A DNA stretch of 64,000 nucleotides from Azolla caroliniana (lineage: Eukaryota; Plantae; Polypodiophyta): the NCBI GenBank assembly GCA_043228905.1, contig JBHGNT010000008.1, positions 13,950,001-14,014,000 on the forward strand. Direction: 5' to 3'. A program made the translations under genes and the position numbers. Positions 1 through 15,027 of this stretch are shown piece by piece (position 1 is the stretch's first letter; every line of letters begins with the position of its first letter). The notes beneath the pieces are model-generated. The model had not been told where the DNA came from and did no database searches. It saw only the letters and a program-made list of their open reading frames with translations.

Positions 1-2687
1 ACAAACTCATTTTATGTAAGATTTTGGAAATAAAAACATTACTTTTATTTAATTGTTCCTCATTTAAAAGTTTTTAAGATAGGAAAGTAAGTTGTTACAA
101 CAATTAAAATCTGAATTTCAATGGTCTCTAACTATCACAAATAGAGAATAGCTTTAAGATGACACCTAAATACTTACATTTAAAAGAGTGCTTGAGGGTT
201 TGTAACTTTGTAGTTCCCATGAATTGTCCCAAAGCCAACAAATATGTTCATAGGAATCAAAGTGCTATAAAGAAAAGATAATAACACCCTTTGAATAAAG
301 TGAATCAATGGATTCAATGCAAAAAGGAGACAAATTCAGTAATGGATGGGCAATTAAGTTGTTGCAACAACTAGTATTTGAAATTAAACCAGCTATAATT
401 ATTGTACCCACATCCATATGAAACTAATTCTAGTACAGAGTGACTTTGGAATAGAACATTAGATGTTTTGGACCGTATGCATCTCTTTCATATCATTATA
501 TTTATTCTATGTTAATGTTTAATAATTATAAAAAGTCTTGATAAACTCTCAATCTATAACGATGTGCAAAGGAGAGAAATCCATGATGGTCATGTGTTCT
601 AAGTAAGCACAAGAACAAAATGCCCAAAAGCAAATATATAGCAGAAATTGAGAGAGATGACTACACTAGATAAAAAAAGATACACCTATAGAAAAGTAGA
701 GTCCTTTATATAGCTTCTTTCCAAATTAGGGTAGAGTGTCTTGGCCTTTGTCCAAATAAGTGTACAAATCTCAAGTTTGTGGGGCATGTGATAGGTTTGC
801 CCTAATGGCCATCCTTGTATCCTTCAAAGAAACAAGTAGGACCTCCCTTCTAGTTTAAGGTTGAGAATAGTTTTGTTCTCATTTCACAATAATGCTTCTA
901 GGTTTACACATACATTGTGCATAGTATGTTTTTCCTTACTAGAGGCTTGTAGGTTTTCCCCTCAAACGAATTTTATCTTGTCCACTCCAATTAAAAAGTG
1001 TAGTTTTAGAAGCATTTTTGCATTTTTTTATGGTATTCTTGTTGTCATAAATTTGTCTAGGGCAATGCCTATAATAAATACATTACGAGATACTTAAAAA
1101 AGATTTTTTTACAATCTACATTCTGAACTTGCAAACCCTTGTGTCTAATTTCGTACAAGTCAATTCGTTAAATGAATCTTTGTGAGATGCCAATCCTCCA
1201 AGGAGATTTTACAACAACGCATGTTTTGGATGAATGTGGATGATTAAAAGTATGGAAAAAGAATTCACTCACTAGTGTGAAAGAAATATATGATATGTGA
1301 ATGCATACTATTTAGAATTAAAAATGCTGCATGCAAATGTGTGCACAAGAGCTAATTATTGGTTACAACTTACAATATTATTTGAACAAGTAGTACATTT
1401 AATTAGGTAAGGCGCATAGTCCAAATTTAAGACATCCACATGTGGATTGTGTTATGCTTCCGTATTTCATTGGATGTATTTTTTATTTCTTTAGCAGATG
1501 ACTCACATTAGCCTAAACATTTGAAATTGCATCGAATAAAATCAACGCCGAATATGCATAGGTTGGAAATCTTGCAGCTTGACAACATGAACTCCTCGTT
1601 TGTAAAGGGTGCAATATTCCCTCCCTATTTTGTCTGTATAAAAGGACTTTTCAGCATTCATTTAATGCTTGAAAAGGCATCTCCCAAGCACAAACTAAAA
1701 ATTGAATATGCACATCATTACATGGATATTCAATAGATACTCTTATACAAGCAAAAACTAAGGAAAAATGGGAACCTCTTGCCTTTCAGGATGAAAAATA
1801 ATTGCACCGCCTTGTGCCATTGGACTTTGGAGATGCATAGAAAGGAGTGTTGGGAAATAGGAAATATGTGAAGAGTAATCACATCTTAAAGCACAATATG
1901 AAAGCATTGCCTTACTATCATATAAGAGACTTTTATAGGTAAAGTTCCGGTAAAGGATGATGTTTAACATTAAGGTTATGGGTTCATGTCTAAAGAAATG
2001 GATTTGATGTTACTTTGAGATCATGCACACAAAAACATTGGTGTTGAGATATTTGCATAAAAAAATGAGTGAGATCATGCAGAGCAAACATATTGGCGAG
2101 ATGCAAATACATTGACATCGAAGTTTTTCCCACAAAACAAGTGAAAACACATTGAGATTGACATTTTTCCCATAGTGAAAATGATAGTTGTATCTATTAA
2201 CAAGACTGGTATAAAAACTCACACTACATATAGAGATATTCTAAGGCTATCCTATTCTCAAGCCTTCCACACTCATACTTATATACAATAGGGGCTTTGT
2301 TAGTGCTTGCATGTATCTTGCCACGTGTCGCACATGTAACATTTCAGCCACTTTCCTTTGCATGCAACAGATAGGTATTCTATTTTGGGTATGAAGATGG
2401 TTGATTCTATCCATTAACCCTTCTAGACATTTGTAGCACATCGAGCAAGCTTTCCAAAGAACATTTATTTATTGAAATTCAATATTCCCTTGAAATATTA
2501 TGGCCAAAACATTGAATGCCTATTGTAAAGGCACTCTTTGACTATGTCACATCAATTCACCTTGATTCTTAAAAACTACCTTCGACTAAAGCATCCATCA
2601 TCATGCCTAAAGCGTCATAACCAGCTTGTATCCATATTTTGTTATGTTTTAGCCACTTTGATGAGCACAAGTATTTACAACACGACA

Positions 2688-5600
2688 CTTTAGCCCCCTC
2701 CAAGCAAAGCTTTTTCTAGCTAAACACTAGTAAACTACCAATATCCTCTATATATACCTTATCCTTGTCTTGAGCAGCAAATACCTAAAAATATTTCACA
2801 AATATGTACAAGTAAAAGTTTCATTCTTTGTATCTTACGAAGCCATTGTCATTGAGGAGCTCATTATACGTAAATCATATGGCTTTAATCTCACTCCATT
2901 GATCCTTTCTCTCATTAATGATCCGTCCATACTCTTTAGTTCATATATGCCATTGGTAAACCTCTTGTGGATTACATAAGGTCCATCACATCTATGCTTT
3001 AACTTTCTTTGAAAAGTTTTATCCAAGGTACTATTATATACTAAGACCAACATACCCTCCATCAAGTTTTTTTCCCTTGCTAGCGCTTGACTTCTTTTAT
3101 CCCGTCGTTCACACAAGTCTTCATAGAAACGTATTGCCTCATCTCTTTTCGAAAATAAATCATACCTAGCTTCTTGTTGTATATCCATTTGAAACTCATC
3201 GTGCACTCCTAAACACTCGATCATTTGAATAGAAGGAAATAACACATTTGTAGGCATCATTGCATCCTCCCCATATACTAAGTGGAAGGGAGTAAAACCT
3301 GTGGAAAGCTTCTGTGTCATCCTTTGTTAAACTCTTTATCCCAACTCCGTGGATACAAGTCCACAAGCTTGAACAATAGTTTATGTGTAGTCCCATCAAA
3401 GGCCTCCAATAATCCATTACATTGTGGGTGATATGGAGTAGCTCTTCTATGTGCAATCTCCAAATGAGTTACCAAACCTTTAACAAAATCTCCTCTAAAT
3501 TCAAGAACATTATCTGCAACTAACTCCAAAAGCACACCAAATCGACATACTACTTGTCCAAAATCAAACCTTGCCATTTCTTTGCTTGTTGCATTACGCG
3601 TAGCCCGTGCTTCTAGCCATTGTGAAACATATTCTACTGTTGACATAATGTATGCCACTACTAGAATTAGGTAATGGCCCAATGATATCTAAACCCCACT
3701 TAGAGAATATCTTATAGCGAACAATCATTCTTGGAGGTTCAGGCATTAACCTTCTTTGTTGATATAATTGACATTCGTGATATGATCTACACCAATGTAC
3801 CACATCCCTACACATGCTTGGCCATGTTACTAGAGTTTGCATGATCTTCCTTTTAGTGTACTCAACTCCAAAATGGCCTCCACATCCTTCCTCATGACAC
3901 ATAGACAAACATTCTTGAATCTCATCATGCCATAGTACACATTTAAGCACCCCATCTACATCTTCCAAATAAGGACCATAATGTATTATCACATACCTTT
4001 GTGCACGACGTGTTACTGCAAGCCACCTATGATATGGGAGCTCTTTTCTAGCCCCTCCTATCTTTAAAACATATTCCTCCTCTTCTAGGCTCTCTCGACC
4101 TTTGTATGATGGCATATTTATAGCATGTAGTCCCACTTCTTGTGCTACTATCTTGCTTGCTAGCTCATGAGCCCTTGCATTCTTATCTCTTGGGATATGC
4201 CAAAATTGACACTCCACGTATTGGCATTGCAATTGCATCACTTGTTGGAGAAGGGGATGAAGACTATCCTTTTGCACGTCCCACACCTCTTGCACTTGGC
4301 TTATGATCAACAATGAATCTCCCTTCACCATCAAACTTCTAATCCCTTTTTCCAAGCATACTTGTAAGACATGAATTAAGCTAAGTTATTCAGCCTCATT
4401 GTGGCTATTCGTTTCAATGCGATCACTTCCACTCCATAACTCATGGCATTCTCTATTCACGAAAGCATATCCAATTCTTGAAATCTTTGTTTTTTGCTTA
4501 AAAGCACCATCAAAATATAATACCCCTTTAGTTTTTTCCAATATTACTTCAGCTTCATTGCTTGGTTCAACATGAGCATCTTTCACATTTTTTGTTGGCA
4601 CGAGTTCCTTATAGGTAAGCAAATCCACCATCTTAGACCTCGTAGTTTCTTCCTTAATAAAACTTACTTCAAACTCTTGTATAATCATTATCCACCGTTT
4701 CATACGTGGTCTATCTCTTAGAAAACTTAACATATGAGGGAGCAAAGCACATGAAATCAAAACTATTGTGATTCTTCCTAGCAAATACGACTTCCATTTT
4801 TGGAGGGAAAACACCAATGCCCATACAAATTTTTCTTCTTGTGTCCAAGCCTGTTCTACCATTGACATCTTCCTACTAATATAATATATTGGATGCATAT
4901 ATGATTGCTTAATACCTTTTTGCATTAATACTGCACCCACTGCTTCAACACCCACACTCAAACTAACATAGAACGGTTGATCCCAATTAGGTGGCATTAG
5001 GATGGGTAGAGTACACGATCTATCTTTTACTTCTTTAAAGGCATTTTGCTCCACTTTTCCCCACACAAATGGAGTTCTCATTGAGGCTCTTTGTAGTGGT
5101 TGAATATACTCTACCAACATTTGAAATGAACGTGAAAGATATCATACCTTTTGTACAAAGCTTAACAATTGCTTTGTAGACGTTGGAGCATCCATCAATC
5201 GTAGAGATTCTACTTTACTTGGATCAAGACCAATCCCATTAGCACTAACTTCATGCCCAAGTAGAATAAATTTACTATGTGCAATTTTGCACTTATTAGG
5301 ATTCAATTGTCCTCCATCCCCATCTATTTTAGCAAAAATTTGATCAAGCTTTTCTACGTGACTCTTTCTACCACTATATATTCCTATGTCATCCATAAAT
5401 GTCCTTGCAAATTTTCCAAAGAAAGGACTTAACAACCTATCCATCCATCCTTGAAAAGTTGCATAAGCATTAACTAACCCAAAGGCATCCTAGTACATAA
5501 CAAAATACACCCCATGGAGTGATGAAACTAGTTAACTTTTGATCTTTAGGTGCAATCTCTATTTTAAAATATCCACAAAAGCCATCACACATTGAATACC

Positions 5601-8560
5601 TTTCATGTCCCGCCACTTCATCCAATATCTCATCTTCGAAAGGCATTGGGTAATGATGTTGCTTGATTGCTGCATTTAAAGGTCTGAAATCCACACATAC
5701 TCTCCAGTTGCCATTCTTCTTAGGTACCATGACCACTGGAGATACCCAATTAACATCATCTACACGTCGAATAAATCCAACACCAACAACTTGCTTACCT
5801 CTTCCTCCAAAATCTCACTCCTTGTATTGCCCAACCTTCGTAGTTTTTGAGGAACTGGCATTGCATTACTATGCAACTTTATCTCATGTAACACAGAATG
5901 TGTTCCCCTCATCTGAGTATACTCCGTTGCAAACAACTTAGGGTACTTGTCAAACAACATGGAATATTTTTTTTCTCCTTTTCAGTAAAATCAAGGGATA
6001 ACATTACCATGAGTTCCTCCTTGGGCACATTGGGCTGACTTTTGGTGGGTTCTAATCCAATACCACATAAGTTGAATCCTATGTGTAATTCCTCATACTC
6101 ATCCTCAACCTCATCCTCTTCACTTGAAGAAACGGATTCCTCATCTGAAAGTTCTTCAACATCATCTTGCTCTTCTTCTTCTAGTCTACCATCTGGGAAA
6201 TAAAGTAATTGTCCTATCTTCATATCACACTTCACTCTCTGACCATGAGGCTTATCGGTGAACAATTCTAATTCCCCACGATGCCAATCTTGTCTCACTC
6301 TCATACCCATCAACCATGGTCTTCCTAGTATAAGTGGATACACTCTTGGTCATGCGGGCATGACATGCAAATCCACCAATACTTGCTGCCCTAACACATA
6401 CAACTCTATTTGCTCTACTACTCCCACACATCGCACTTCTGCATTATTTTCCATATTCATGTTATATGCATGTTTTCTATAAATCTTTAATTACAATAAT
6501 CTTCTTGTCGTATCCTTCGTTATGACACATACTTGTACACCACCATCTACATATGTTGGGGCCACCACTTGCCCTTGACACCAAACTTCTAGTACTGGCA
6601 ACAAATCTTTTTCATGATTGCAACATATTCGAGGGATGTCTAGGGTATCTGCTCTACCTATAGTAGTTAGTTGCCCTTCTACCCTTCTTAGAAATACTCA
6701 CCACCTTCCTCCATTCTCTATGTAGCTTAGGAACTAGTTCTAATGCTTGGGCAAAGGTCATATCCACTTTCCTTTCTTTCAAATAATTCAACAATGAATA
6801 TGATTCTTGATTTAAACCTAATGGATATTCCTTGATAGCTATCCTCCTCTTTGATTTTTGAGATTTCTTTTCTTGCTTATCCCTATGCTTACTAGGTTCT
6901 CCCTCTTGTGATATTGCTCCATCTTTCTCCTTGTTATGTGACCTAGTTAGCATTATTGAGCCTCCCTCGTGCTCCTCTATACGAGCTCTCATTCCCACTA
7001 AAACGTCATATGAATCCCCATCTAACATGACCTTCCCACATGTCGTATTTAATGCATCCTTTACATTATAATTCTTCTTAAACTCAATCAAATTAATACT
7101 ATGAGAATTTACTTGATTTTGTGACCTTTGCTCTTCTACTCGTCTTAGAATTGGGGCAATACCTCTTCCTTCGCGTTTAGGATGTGGGCAATTTGGTGAA
7201 ATATGCCCTCGTTCAAAACAATTATAACACTGCTGTAAAAACAAATAGCGTGCGGAAGCAATAAAAAACAAAAAACAGAGAACAAGTTTAATGGAGAGCT
7301 TAACGGTACGCAGGAGAGACAGAGAGAGAGAACAAGAATCTCTATTCAAAAATTATATCAACGCTCTATACATCGTATGTGTTCAGCAAACACTTTTATA
7401 CAGGTCCATACGGACTGATAGAAGTACGATGTACTTCAATGCTCACTCGAGCGTCTGACACTAACTACGAGAGTAATAACTCCCTAGTAGTCTAGCTGCT
7501 ACTAGGCTTCCGGTTACTGATGGATCTGGCTAACCGGCTCCCCAGCTCACTGGCTCTTTTGCTGACCGGGTGCTCACCGGCTCACCGATCCGTCTCGCTC
7601 ACCGGCTCAGGCTTATCCAGCCGATCCGGCTCCAATTGAGCTTGCCGCTCAACAATTGCTCATTGGGATTTTGCCTCCCAATATCTTTCTTTTGTTGAGA
7701 AACTTGCATAGATCTTGTAAGTTCAGCTTGGTTGATACACAACTTACTTACTTCATCAACCATCTTTGCCACTTGTTGTGCAAGATCCATGGCCCCAGTT
7801 GTAGAAGACTCTGGTCGTGAAGACACATCAGGACTTTTCTCATGCACCTTGTGACCATATGGTGTCGCACCTTCAATAGCTTCATCATCTTATCTCATGT
7901 CCCTCCCAAGCTTACTCATCCTCTTTCTCCATTTACTCATTGCCACCTCTTTTGCCCTTTCAAAAGATTTAGGTTCCTTATCATCTAACTTCTCTTTAAT
8001 ATCCTCATGCAAGGCCACAATAAATTGGTCATGTTTCATAAAATCGGGTGAAACTTGATCATTTCCTATTTACTCTCCAATTTCCTATATAAATATTCAA
8101 ACATCCTAATAAAATCCCTAATGTCCTCTTCAAACTGTTGCCTTACCCTTCTAATATCCTTCCAAATAGCTTCTGGAGTCTCTGTTTTTGGAAATTGGGT
8201 TAACAATGCTTGTTGCAAACGTGCCCAATCATTCTTCACCTCTATTGGCACTGACCTTACATACCAATCTAAAGCCGGCCCATCCAATAAGAGGTTTACC
8301 ATTATCACTACATCACCATCACTCTTCCTAGGTTGCAGAGCCCAAATCTTCAACTAATGCATGAATGGCACCACATCACTATTCGTCCCGGTGAAAAGGT
8401 CACCAAAGAGATCCGCTATTATTTTGAAACACCCAATTGCCAAAATATGCAATAAATATAAAACCACCAATCCCAATATTAAAATACTTGGCTTTGATTA
8501 TGAAAAAACAAGAAGTTCTCTATTGTTATCAAGATTATCCTCAGTGGGGGCACCAAAACA
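2688..8560 (-). mobile_element. Degenerate Ty3/Gypsy LTR retrotransposon internal region, Tat-like (gag-PR-RT-RH-extra RNase H-INT)
   Basis: Minus-strand fragments in Gypsy order: gag (8066-8353), zinc knuckle CYNCFERGHISPNC (~7190-7230), protease (YVDGG ~6545; YPLILGRPWL), RT (VPKKNGNWRVCVDFRPLN; FMDD, 5142-5960), RNase H (4386-5120), second RNase H (YFDGA..HNEAE..KGDSLLII..HIPRDKN), integrase (CHEEGCGGHFG; KWGLDIIGP; TPYHPQCNGLLE; 2835-3900). PPT-like GGAGGGGGCTAAAG at ~2688-2702 and PBS-like TGGTGCCCCCACTGAGG at ~8539-8555. Many stops and frameshifts. Confidence 0.9.
7234..7654 (-). mobile_element. Solo LTR (Copia-type) inserted in the Gypsy gag
   Basis: TG..CA ends flanked by ACTGC/ATTGC (5-bp TSD, one mismatch). 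Removing it restores NPNEQCYNCFERGH. Shares blocks (TTTAATGGAGAGCTTAA; CACTTTTATACA.GTCCATACGGACTGA.AGAAGTAC) with the LTR at 42521-42865. Confidence 0.85.
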
Positions 8561-8671
8561 TGTTGTGCAAGAATTTGCCTCTCAAAACTCTTAGAGCACA
8601 ATACATCTCGAAACACACAAGGTACATCATCATAGGGCACCATAACATCATCTTTCCGATTTTTCTCATTG

Positions 8672-11250
8672 GTTTCAACCCATACAAGCTTTTCTTCAGT
8701 CGACACACCATGTTCTCTTTCCCTTTCTCCTCAAAACCTTTGGGCTGCTGCATGTAAATCTCTTCATCCAGCTCCCTGTGCAAGAATGTTGTCTTGATAT
8801 CCAACTGTTCGATCTCCAGATCCATACTAGTTGCTATGCTTAGAACAATTCTAATCGATGTCATCTTCACGACTGGAGCGAATATTTCATCGAAGTCGAC
8901 ACCCTTTTTCTGTTGGAACCCCTTCACCACAATGCGGGGTTTATACCTAGGCGCGTGTCGACTTCTCCAGTCTTCACCTTGTAAACCCATTTGTTCCCGA
9001 GTGCTCTCTTACCTTTCGACTGTTCTACTAGGTCGTAGGTATAATTCTCATGCAAAGAATCCATCTCATCTTGCATCGCACTCAGCCATTTCTCTCTGTG
9101 TTTCTCGGCGATGGTTTCATCATAGCACTCTGGCTCAACTTCATTAGTCACGAGGATGTATTGACTGGCATATGTTGTCGGTGCTCTCCTTTCTCTAAGT
9201 GGGTATCTCCTTCTACTCATTGTCGGCTTCAGTTCGGATGTTTCTGCCGACTCTACTCTTGTTTCTATCGAGTCTACTCTTGGCTCACGTTCATGTATGT
9301 CGATCAGCTTCTCAAGGTTGGACAACTCCAACTCATATTCCTCGATCGATCTTAATAGCTCTACTGACTTAGACTCATAGTCGGTCGGTCTCTCCAAGCC
9401 AACTGACTCGGATTCGGCTGTGCTGACTGGCTGTCTCCAAACAACTGACTGTGTCGGTTCAATTGGCCTCAAGTCGATAGTAGTGGAGGTTGACTTGTTA
9501 GTCGATTCCCACTTTTGTTGCTTCCAGTCCACTATGGTCTTGTCTTCCAAGAAGACTACGTCCCAACTCCTCACTACCATCTTGTCGACTAGGTCCCATA
9601 GCCTATAGCCAAACTCATCTTCCAAGTATCCCATGAATATGCATGGTTTCGACTTACTGTCAAGCTTTGACCTCTGATCCTTAGCTACATGCATGTACAC
9701 TAGGAATCCGAACACCCTCAGGTGCCGGTAGGAGACATCCTTTGCCATCCACAGTGCACACCCTTTGTGGGACATCACCTTTCAACGATACTGAGGGGGA
9801 CCTGTTGATCAGATAAACAACCATGTACATTGCCTCAGCCCAATATATTTTCAGCAGTTTAGCATGTGACAACATGCTCCTTACTCTCTCCATGATTGTC
9901 CGGTTTATCCTCTCTGCAAGCCCATTCAACTCAGGGGTCTTCGGTACTGTGTATTCGATTCAAATACCTTGGGCTTTGCAGTATTCCTCAAACAAAACTT
10001 TATATTCGCCACCATTGATAGCTCGAATAGCCTTCAACGTCCGGCCTGACTCCCGTTGAACTCTTGCCTGGAACTCCTTGAAAAATGATAGTACTTGATC
10101 TTTTGACTATAGTACGAAAGCCCAAAACTTCCGACTGTAGTCTTCGATGAAAGTCACAAAGTATTGTCTGCCTCGATGTGATGGAGCATCTACATAACAC
10201 ACATCCGTGTGTACCAATTCCAGTGCAACTTCTCTTCCTCTTGGTGGCCGTGTGTGGAATGCTGCTCTGTTTTGTTTTCCGACTAATCATTCGACGCACT
10301 TCTCCAGCTGCATTCCCTTTACTTCTCGTACAAGCTTCTGGTCGCCAACAGATGCAGTGCCTTCTCACTCATGTGGCCTATCCTCTTATGCCATATCTGT
10401 CCTGCCGAGTCGGCTGCCCCATTCACTTCCGACTTGCTCAGTCGGGCTTGCATCATATACAATGTGCCTTCCTTCTATGCTCGGGCCACTATAAGATTTC
10501 CTCGGCAGAACTTCAACTTGCCATTCCAAAAACTACCATTGTAGTCTTCATTGTCCAATCTTCTAGTCAATATCAGATTCAATCTAATATTGGAGGTGTG
10601 TCAACCATCCTTCAGAGTCAGTCGACACCCTATCGACGTCGTCAGGCAGACACTTCCGATTCCTACTATTTTGCACTCCCCACTGTCACCCATCTTTACA
10701 TAACCATGATCACCGGCTATGTAAGTCAAGAAATTCTCTCTCGACGGAGTTATGTGGAAGGATGCATTGGATTCGATCACCCAGGTGCATTCTTCGCTTG
10801 CAAGATGTGCACTCGTCTGTTCACAAATGAACAAAAGTTCTTCATTGCTCGTAGTAATGGTTGAAGTGTACTTTTCTTCAAGAATCTTCATGGGTTCGAC
10901 ATTATTACTGATACTCTTTTCCCTTTCAAGGTGTCGGCAATCCTTCAGGAAAGGTCCAGGCTTTCAACAATAAAAGCACATGAGCTTTCATCTGGACTTT
11001 GACATGGATTGAGACTTTTCTCTCCTTGGTGCACTTCTTTTCCGGTTCCTTCCTTTGCCAATTTTTTGAGTCAAATTTGACTCCAACTGGACTAGGACAC
11101 CCTTGTCCTTCCTTATCGTTTCCTCATTCAGGATGCTTGTCTTCACCGCTTATAAAGACAAGTTCTCTTCTTGACAGGAGGTGCTTAGAGTAACCACCAG
11201 GTTCTCCCAAGTAGGATGGCTTGCATAACATCATCAAGGGGAAACTTGTG
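8672..11250 (-). mobile_element. Truncated, decayed Ty1/Copia internal fragment (gag end-PR-INT-partial RT), related to the young Copia at 26699 and 53778
   Basis: ORF pieces WVIESNASFHIT, LNGLAERINRTIMERVRSMLSHAKL and RYKPRIVVKGFQQKKGVDFDEIFAPVVKMTSIR closely match the 27784-31632 polyprotein. RT is cut off after KKSLYGLK. No LTRs found. Confidence 0.88.
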
Positions 11251-14200
11251 CAAGACAGATATCCGCAGAAACGTATGTCAAGACTTGTCGGTTATGCTCA
11301 ACAAACAACACAGAGGAAAGGCAAGAAGATATAGACAAATGATAGATACACACAAATTAATGGAAGCTCTCTTTATTTCTGTTCTCTCTCTCTCAGAGAC
11401 TCGATGTACAGGATGATCAAGTTATCTCTCGTTTACAATGTTAGGTTATTGCTTATATACTAAGCCCTAACTATATGGAAGAGTTCACACTAGGATACAA
11501 AGCGGAAGGAGTCAGCCTTTTAAACCAACAAACTCCCCCATAAAAGGACTACTCTTTCCTACATGTAGATGTGTTTGGGATTGTCTCCCCCTTAAACCTG
11601 GATTACAACACTAATCTAGATTTATCTTACAAGTCGGTCGGCATAGGTGAGGTCCGTGATGAGCCTAGCATGGCTCATTATCATGATTGATTTGGTCAAC
11701 TCTTACCTTCTGCTCCTCGTTCGGCTTTCTTCTGCTCGATCGATTCTCGTAGTCCCATCTTTGTCCTTAGTGCTCCAAAGCATTGATCTGGAAGTGGCTT
11801 TGTCAAGCAATCGGTGATATTCATCTCGGCGTTGATCTTCTGGACTTTGAGCCTATTCTCAGTTATAAGCTCCCAGATGTAATGATACCGTACCTCAATG
11901 TGCTTCATCTTTGCGTGATAGACGGGATTGTTAATAAGGTGAATTGCGCTCTGCGAGTTGCAATAGATGGTCGGCCTTGGTCGTTCGATTTTGCTTGTAG
12001 ATGAGAAGTTGGTAGACAGTCGGTGCAGCCAAATCGCTTCCTTCGCTACCTCAGATGCTGCTATGTACTCGACCTCTGTGGTTGACAGAGCGGTGCACTC
12101 TTGAAGCTTTGACCACCATGATATCGCACTGCCACCATAGGTGAAAATATAGTTTGATGCTGACTTCCGATTGTTCATTTTCAGGTAAAGTCGGAGTCAG
12201 TGTAGCCTTCTACTTCGGCTGAGGTTGTCAAACCAAAAGTCAGCTGTGTATCTTTGGTCCCTCTCAGATACCTGAAGATGTGCTTGACGGCCTCCCAATA
12301 CTTCCGTCCTCGGTTTGACATGTACCGACTGACCACTCCTATGGCATAGGCTAGGTCGGGTCGGGTCGCCACCATTGCATGCATGATACTTTCTACGGCC
12401 GATGCATAGGGCATCTTTCCATTAAGCTCTCTCTCCTTGTCTGTTGAAGGAAAGTCTCTATCCGATAGTTGGATCGACGTCAGAAGCGGTGTTGGAGTTG
12501 GCTTTGCATTTTGCATGTTGAAGCGCCTCAACACCTTTCGGATATAGTCAGACTGGGAGGGTCGGAGAGTCTTGGTCGTCTGATTTCGCTTGATCCTTAT
12601 GCCCATTATGTGACGGGCTTATCTGAGTTCCTTCATCGCGAACTTGTCGTGAAGGCTCCACTTCAACTTTTCGATCTCGGCTTGATTGCTTCTTGCAATC
12701 AGCATGTCGTCGACATATAGGATTAGATCAATCCTACATGCATCAGCCAGTTGCCGAATATACATACATGGGTCGGAGTCGGATCGGCGGTATCCAAGCT
12801 GCTTGATGTAGGAATCGAATTTCTAGTACCACATCCTCGACGCCTATTTCAATCCATAGAGACTTTTCTTTAGTCGACATACAAGGCGACTTCTCTCCAC
12901 CAACGTTGTGAAGCCTGCCGGTTGAGATGTATTCTTCTAGATCTCCGTGTAGGAATGTCGTCTTTACATCCAACTGTTGCACAACTCCTATTAAGAGTCG
13001 GAGGGTGGTCATCTTGACTAATAGTGAGAATATCTCATCGTAGTCGACCCCATGTTCTTGTTTGAACCCTTTCTTGACAAGTCGGGCTTTGTACTTGGGT
13101 TTCTCTAAGTCAGATACATATTTGTATTGGAAAACCCATTTGCAAGGTAGCGGCTTTCTTCTAGCTAGTAGTTCGATTGGCTCCCATGTCTGATTCTTGT
13201 GAATCGAGTCCATTTAGGATTTCATGGCTTGGAGCCATGTTTCGGCGTCCATTGTGGCCATAGCTTCTTCATGAGTGCTTGGTTCGCTTGCATCGTTGTA
13301 GTTGACATAGTCGAGGCTTGGTTGAAGAAACTTTGTTGGCCTTTGAGGTTGTCCAGATCTCCTATGTGCCGAAACAAGTGGTTCGGATTCTTCGATTGGC
13401 TCTGTTGGTCGATTAGTATGTGTTGAACCATTTGTGTTAGGAATCTTCTTAGGTGACCCGCCCCCATGTCGGGATTTTGGTGGTTTCACGTTGTCCTCCC
13501 CTATGGACTTTGTCGACTCGGTTCTGTTTCCTACTCGCATCTTTTTGACTTTGCCTTGTTCGACTCTTGTCGAATTGGCTCTGTCTTTGATGGCTTTGTC
13601 TTCAAGTTCGACCATTGGACCAATTGCCGATTCGGAGTTGGCAGATATATTGTTGGCTTGTTCGAGTTCGACTGTTTGTCAAATCTCTGATTCGGCTGGG
13701 TGGGATGGTGGTCCTTCTACGACATCTCTGTCAACTTCAAAGGATACCTTTTTACCAACTATTTTATGTTGGTTCCATTGAGAGAAGATAGAGTCTTCAT
13801 TGAAGACTATATCACTGCTCCAGATTAGTTTCCAGTTCTCAGGGTCCCATAGTCGGTAGCCAAAATCCCCATCGGTTCCATAACCGAGAAATATGCATTT
13901 CGCTACATGGAGTGTCAACTTGGTCCTTTTCTCCATGGGGATGAACGCGTAGGCTTTGCATCCAAATACACGGAGAATATTGTAGGTCGGTCGTTTGCTT
14001 GACCATAGTGCCTATGGCACTTCGAGCTTGGTTGCCTTCGACGATGATAGATTTACCAAGTATACTGCTATTTGCAATGCTTCAACCTAGAACTCCAGCT
14101 TCAGTCCAACTTGTTGGAGCATTGTCGTCACCCTCTCCTGGATCATTTGGTGTCAGGAACGGTCTTTTGATGACGGATCCCTTTGTTGGACAAGTATTTC

Positions 14201-15027
14201 TTGAAGGCTCTGGAGGTATATTCACCTCCGTTGTTGGATCGAAGTGTTTTCACTTTGTGTCCCAACTGGTTCTCCACTTTAGATGTCCACCAAGTGAAGA
14301 CCTCGAGTGCTTCATCTTTGGACCTGATCGATGTTAGGAAATAGGTCCCTCTGGATGGGATGACCCGGTGAGAACCGGACGACGAGTCCTCGGCAATGGA
14401 AGACCCGGTGAGAACCGGATGACGAGTACTCGGCTACGGAAGACCCGATGAGAACCGGATGACGAGTACCCAACAAGAGCTGGATGATGAAGACCTGGTG
14501 AGAACCGGATGAGGAGTACCGGGCAAGCGCCGGATGATGCAGGCCCGGTGAGGAGTGCTCACCGGATGGAGTGACATATTCGTAAATATGTTTTCTGAGA
14601 GTCCATCGGGGCTATATTTGTAAATAGCTGAAAATTCATATTAGTATAAATATGACTTAGGGCAAACTTAGAGAGTAGTTGTCATTCTTGTTGGCGCTAG
14701 ATCAAAGAGCGCGTAACAGTGTACATAGAGAGAGAGAGAGAGAGAGAGAGGTCGTTGCCTCTGTTGTAACTGCTGCCTGTGGCGAAGATCGTGAGCACTC
14801 GGTCGTTGCCTCCGTGAGCTCACTGTTGTAATCATTGTGATATAGTGATAGTTTGGAGTCTGTGAACTCCCGTGGTTTTTCCCTCTCAGGGTTTTCCACG
14901 TTAAACATCCTGTGTACTCTTCTCTCCTTTGTGTCGTGCGTTCATTATCCATTTTTCTGTGTTTGATTATAGACTCGGTTGTGGCTGAGCGTTGTGTTGG
15001 GAGACAGGTCCCTCCAGATGGGAAGGG

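Noticed and set aside
1-2680. Short ORFs (861-2441) as possible host gene exons, or the Gypsy 3' LTR
   Set aside because: AT-rich with no recognisable domain or consistent exon chain. I could not match it to the putative 5' LTR end at 8561+, so neither a gene nor LTR limits can be supported.
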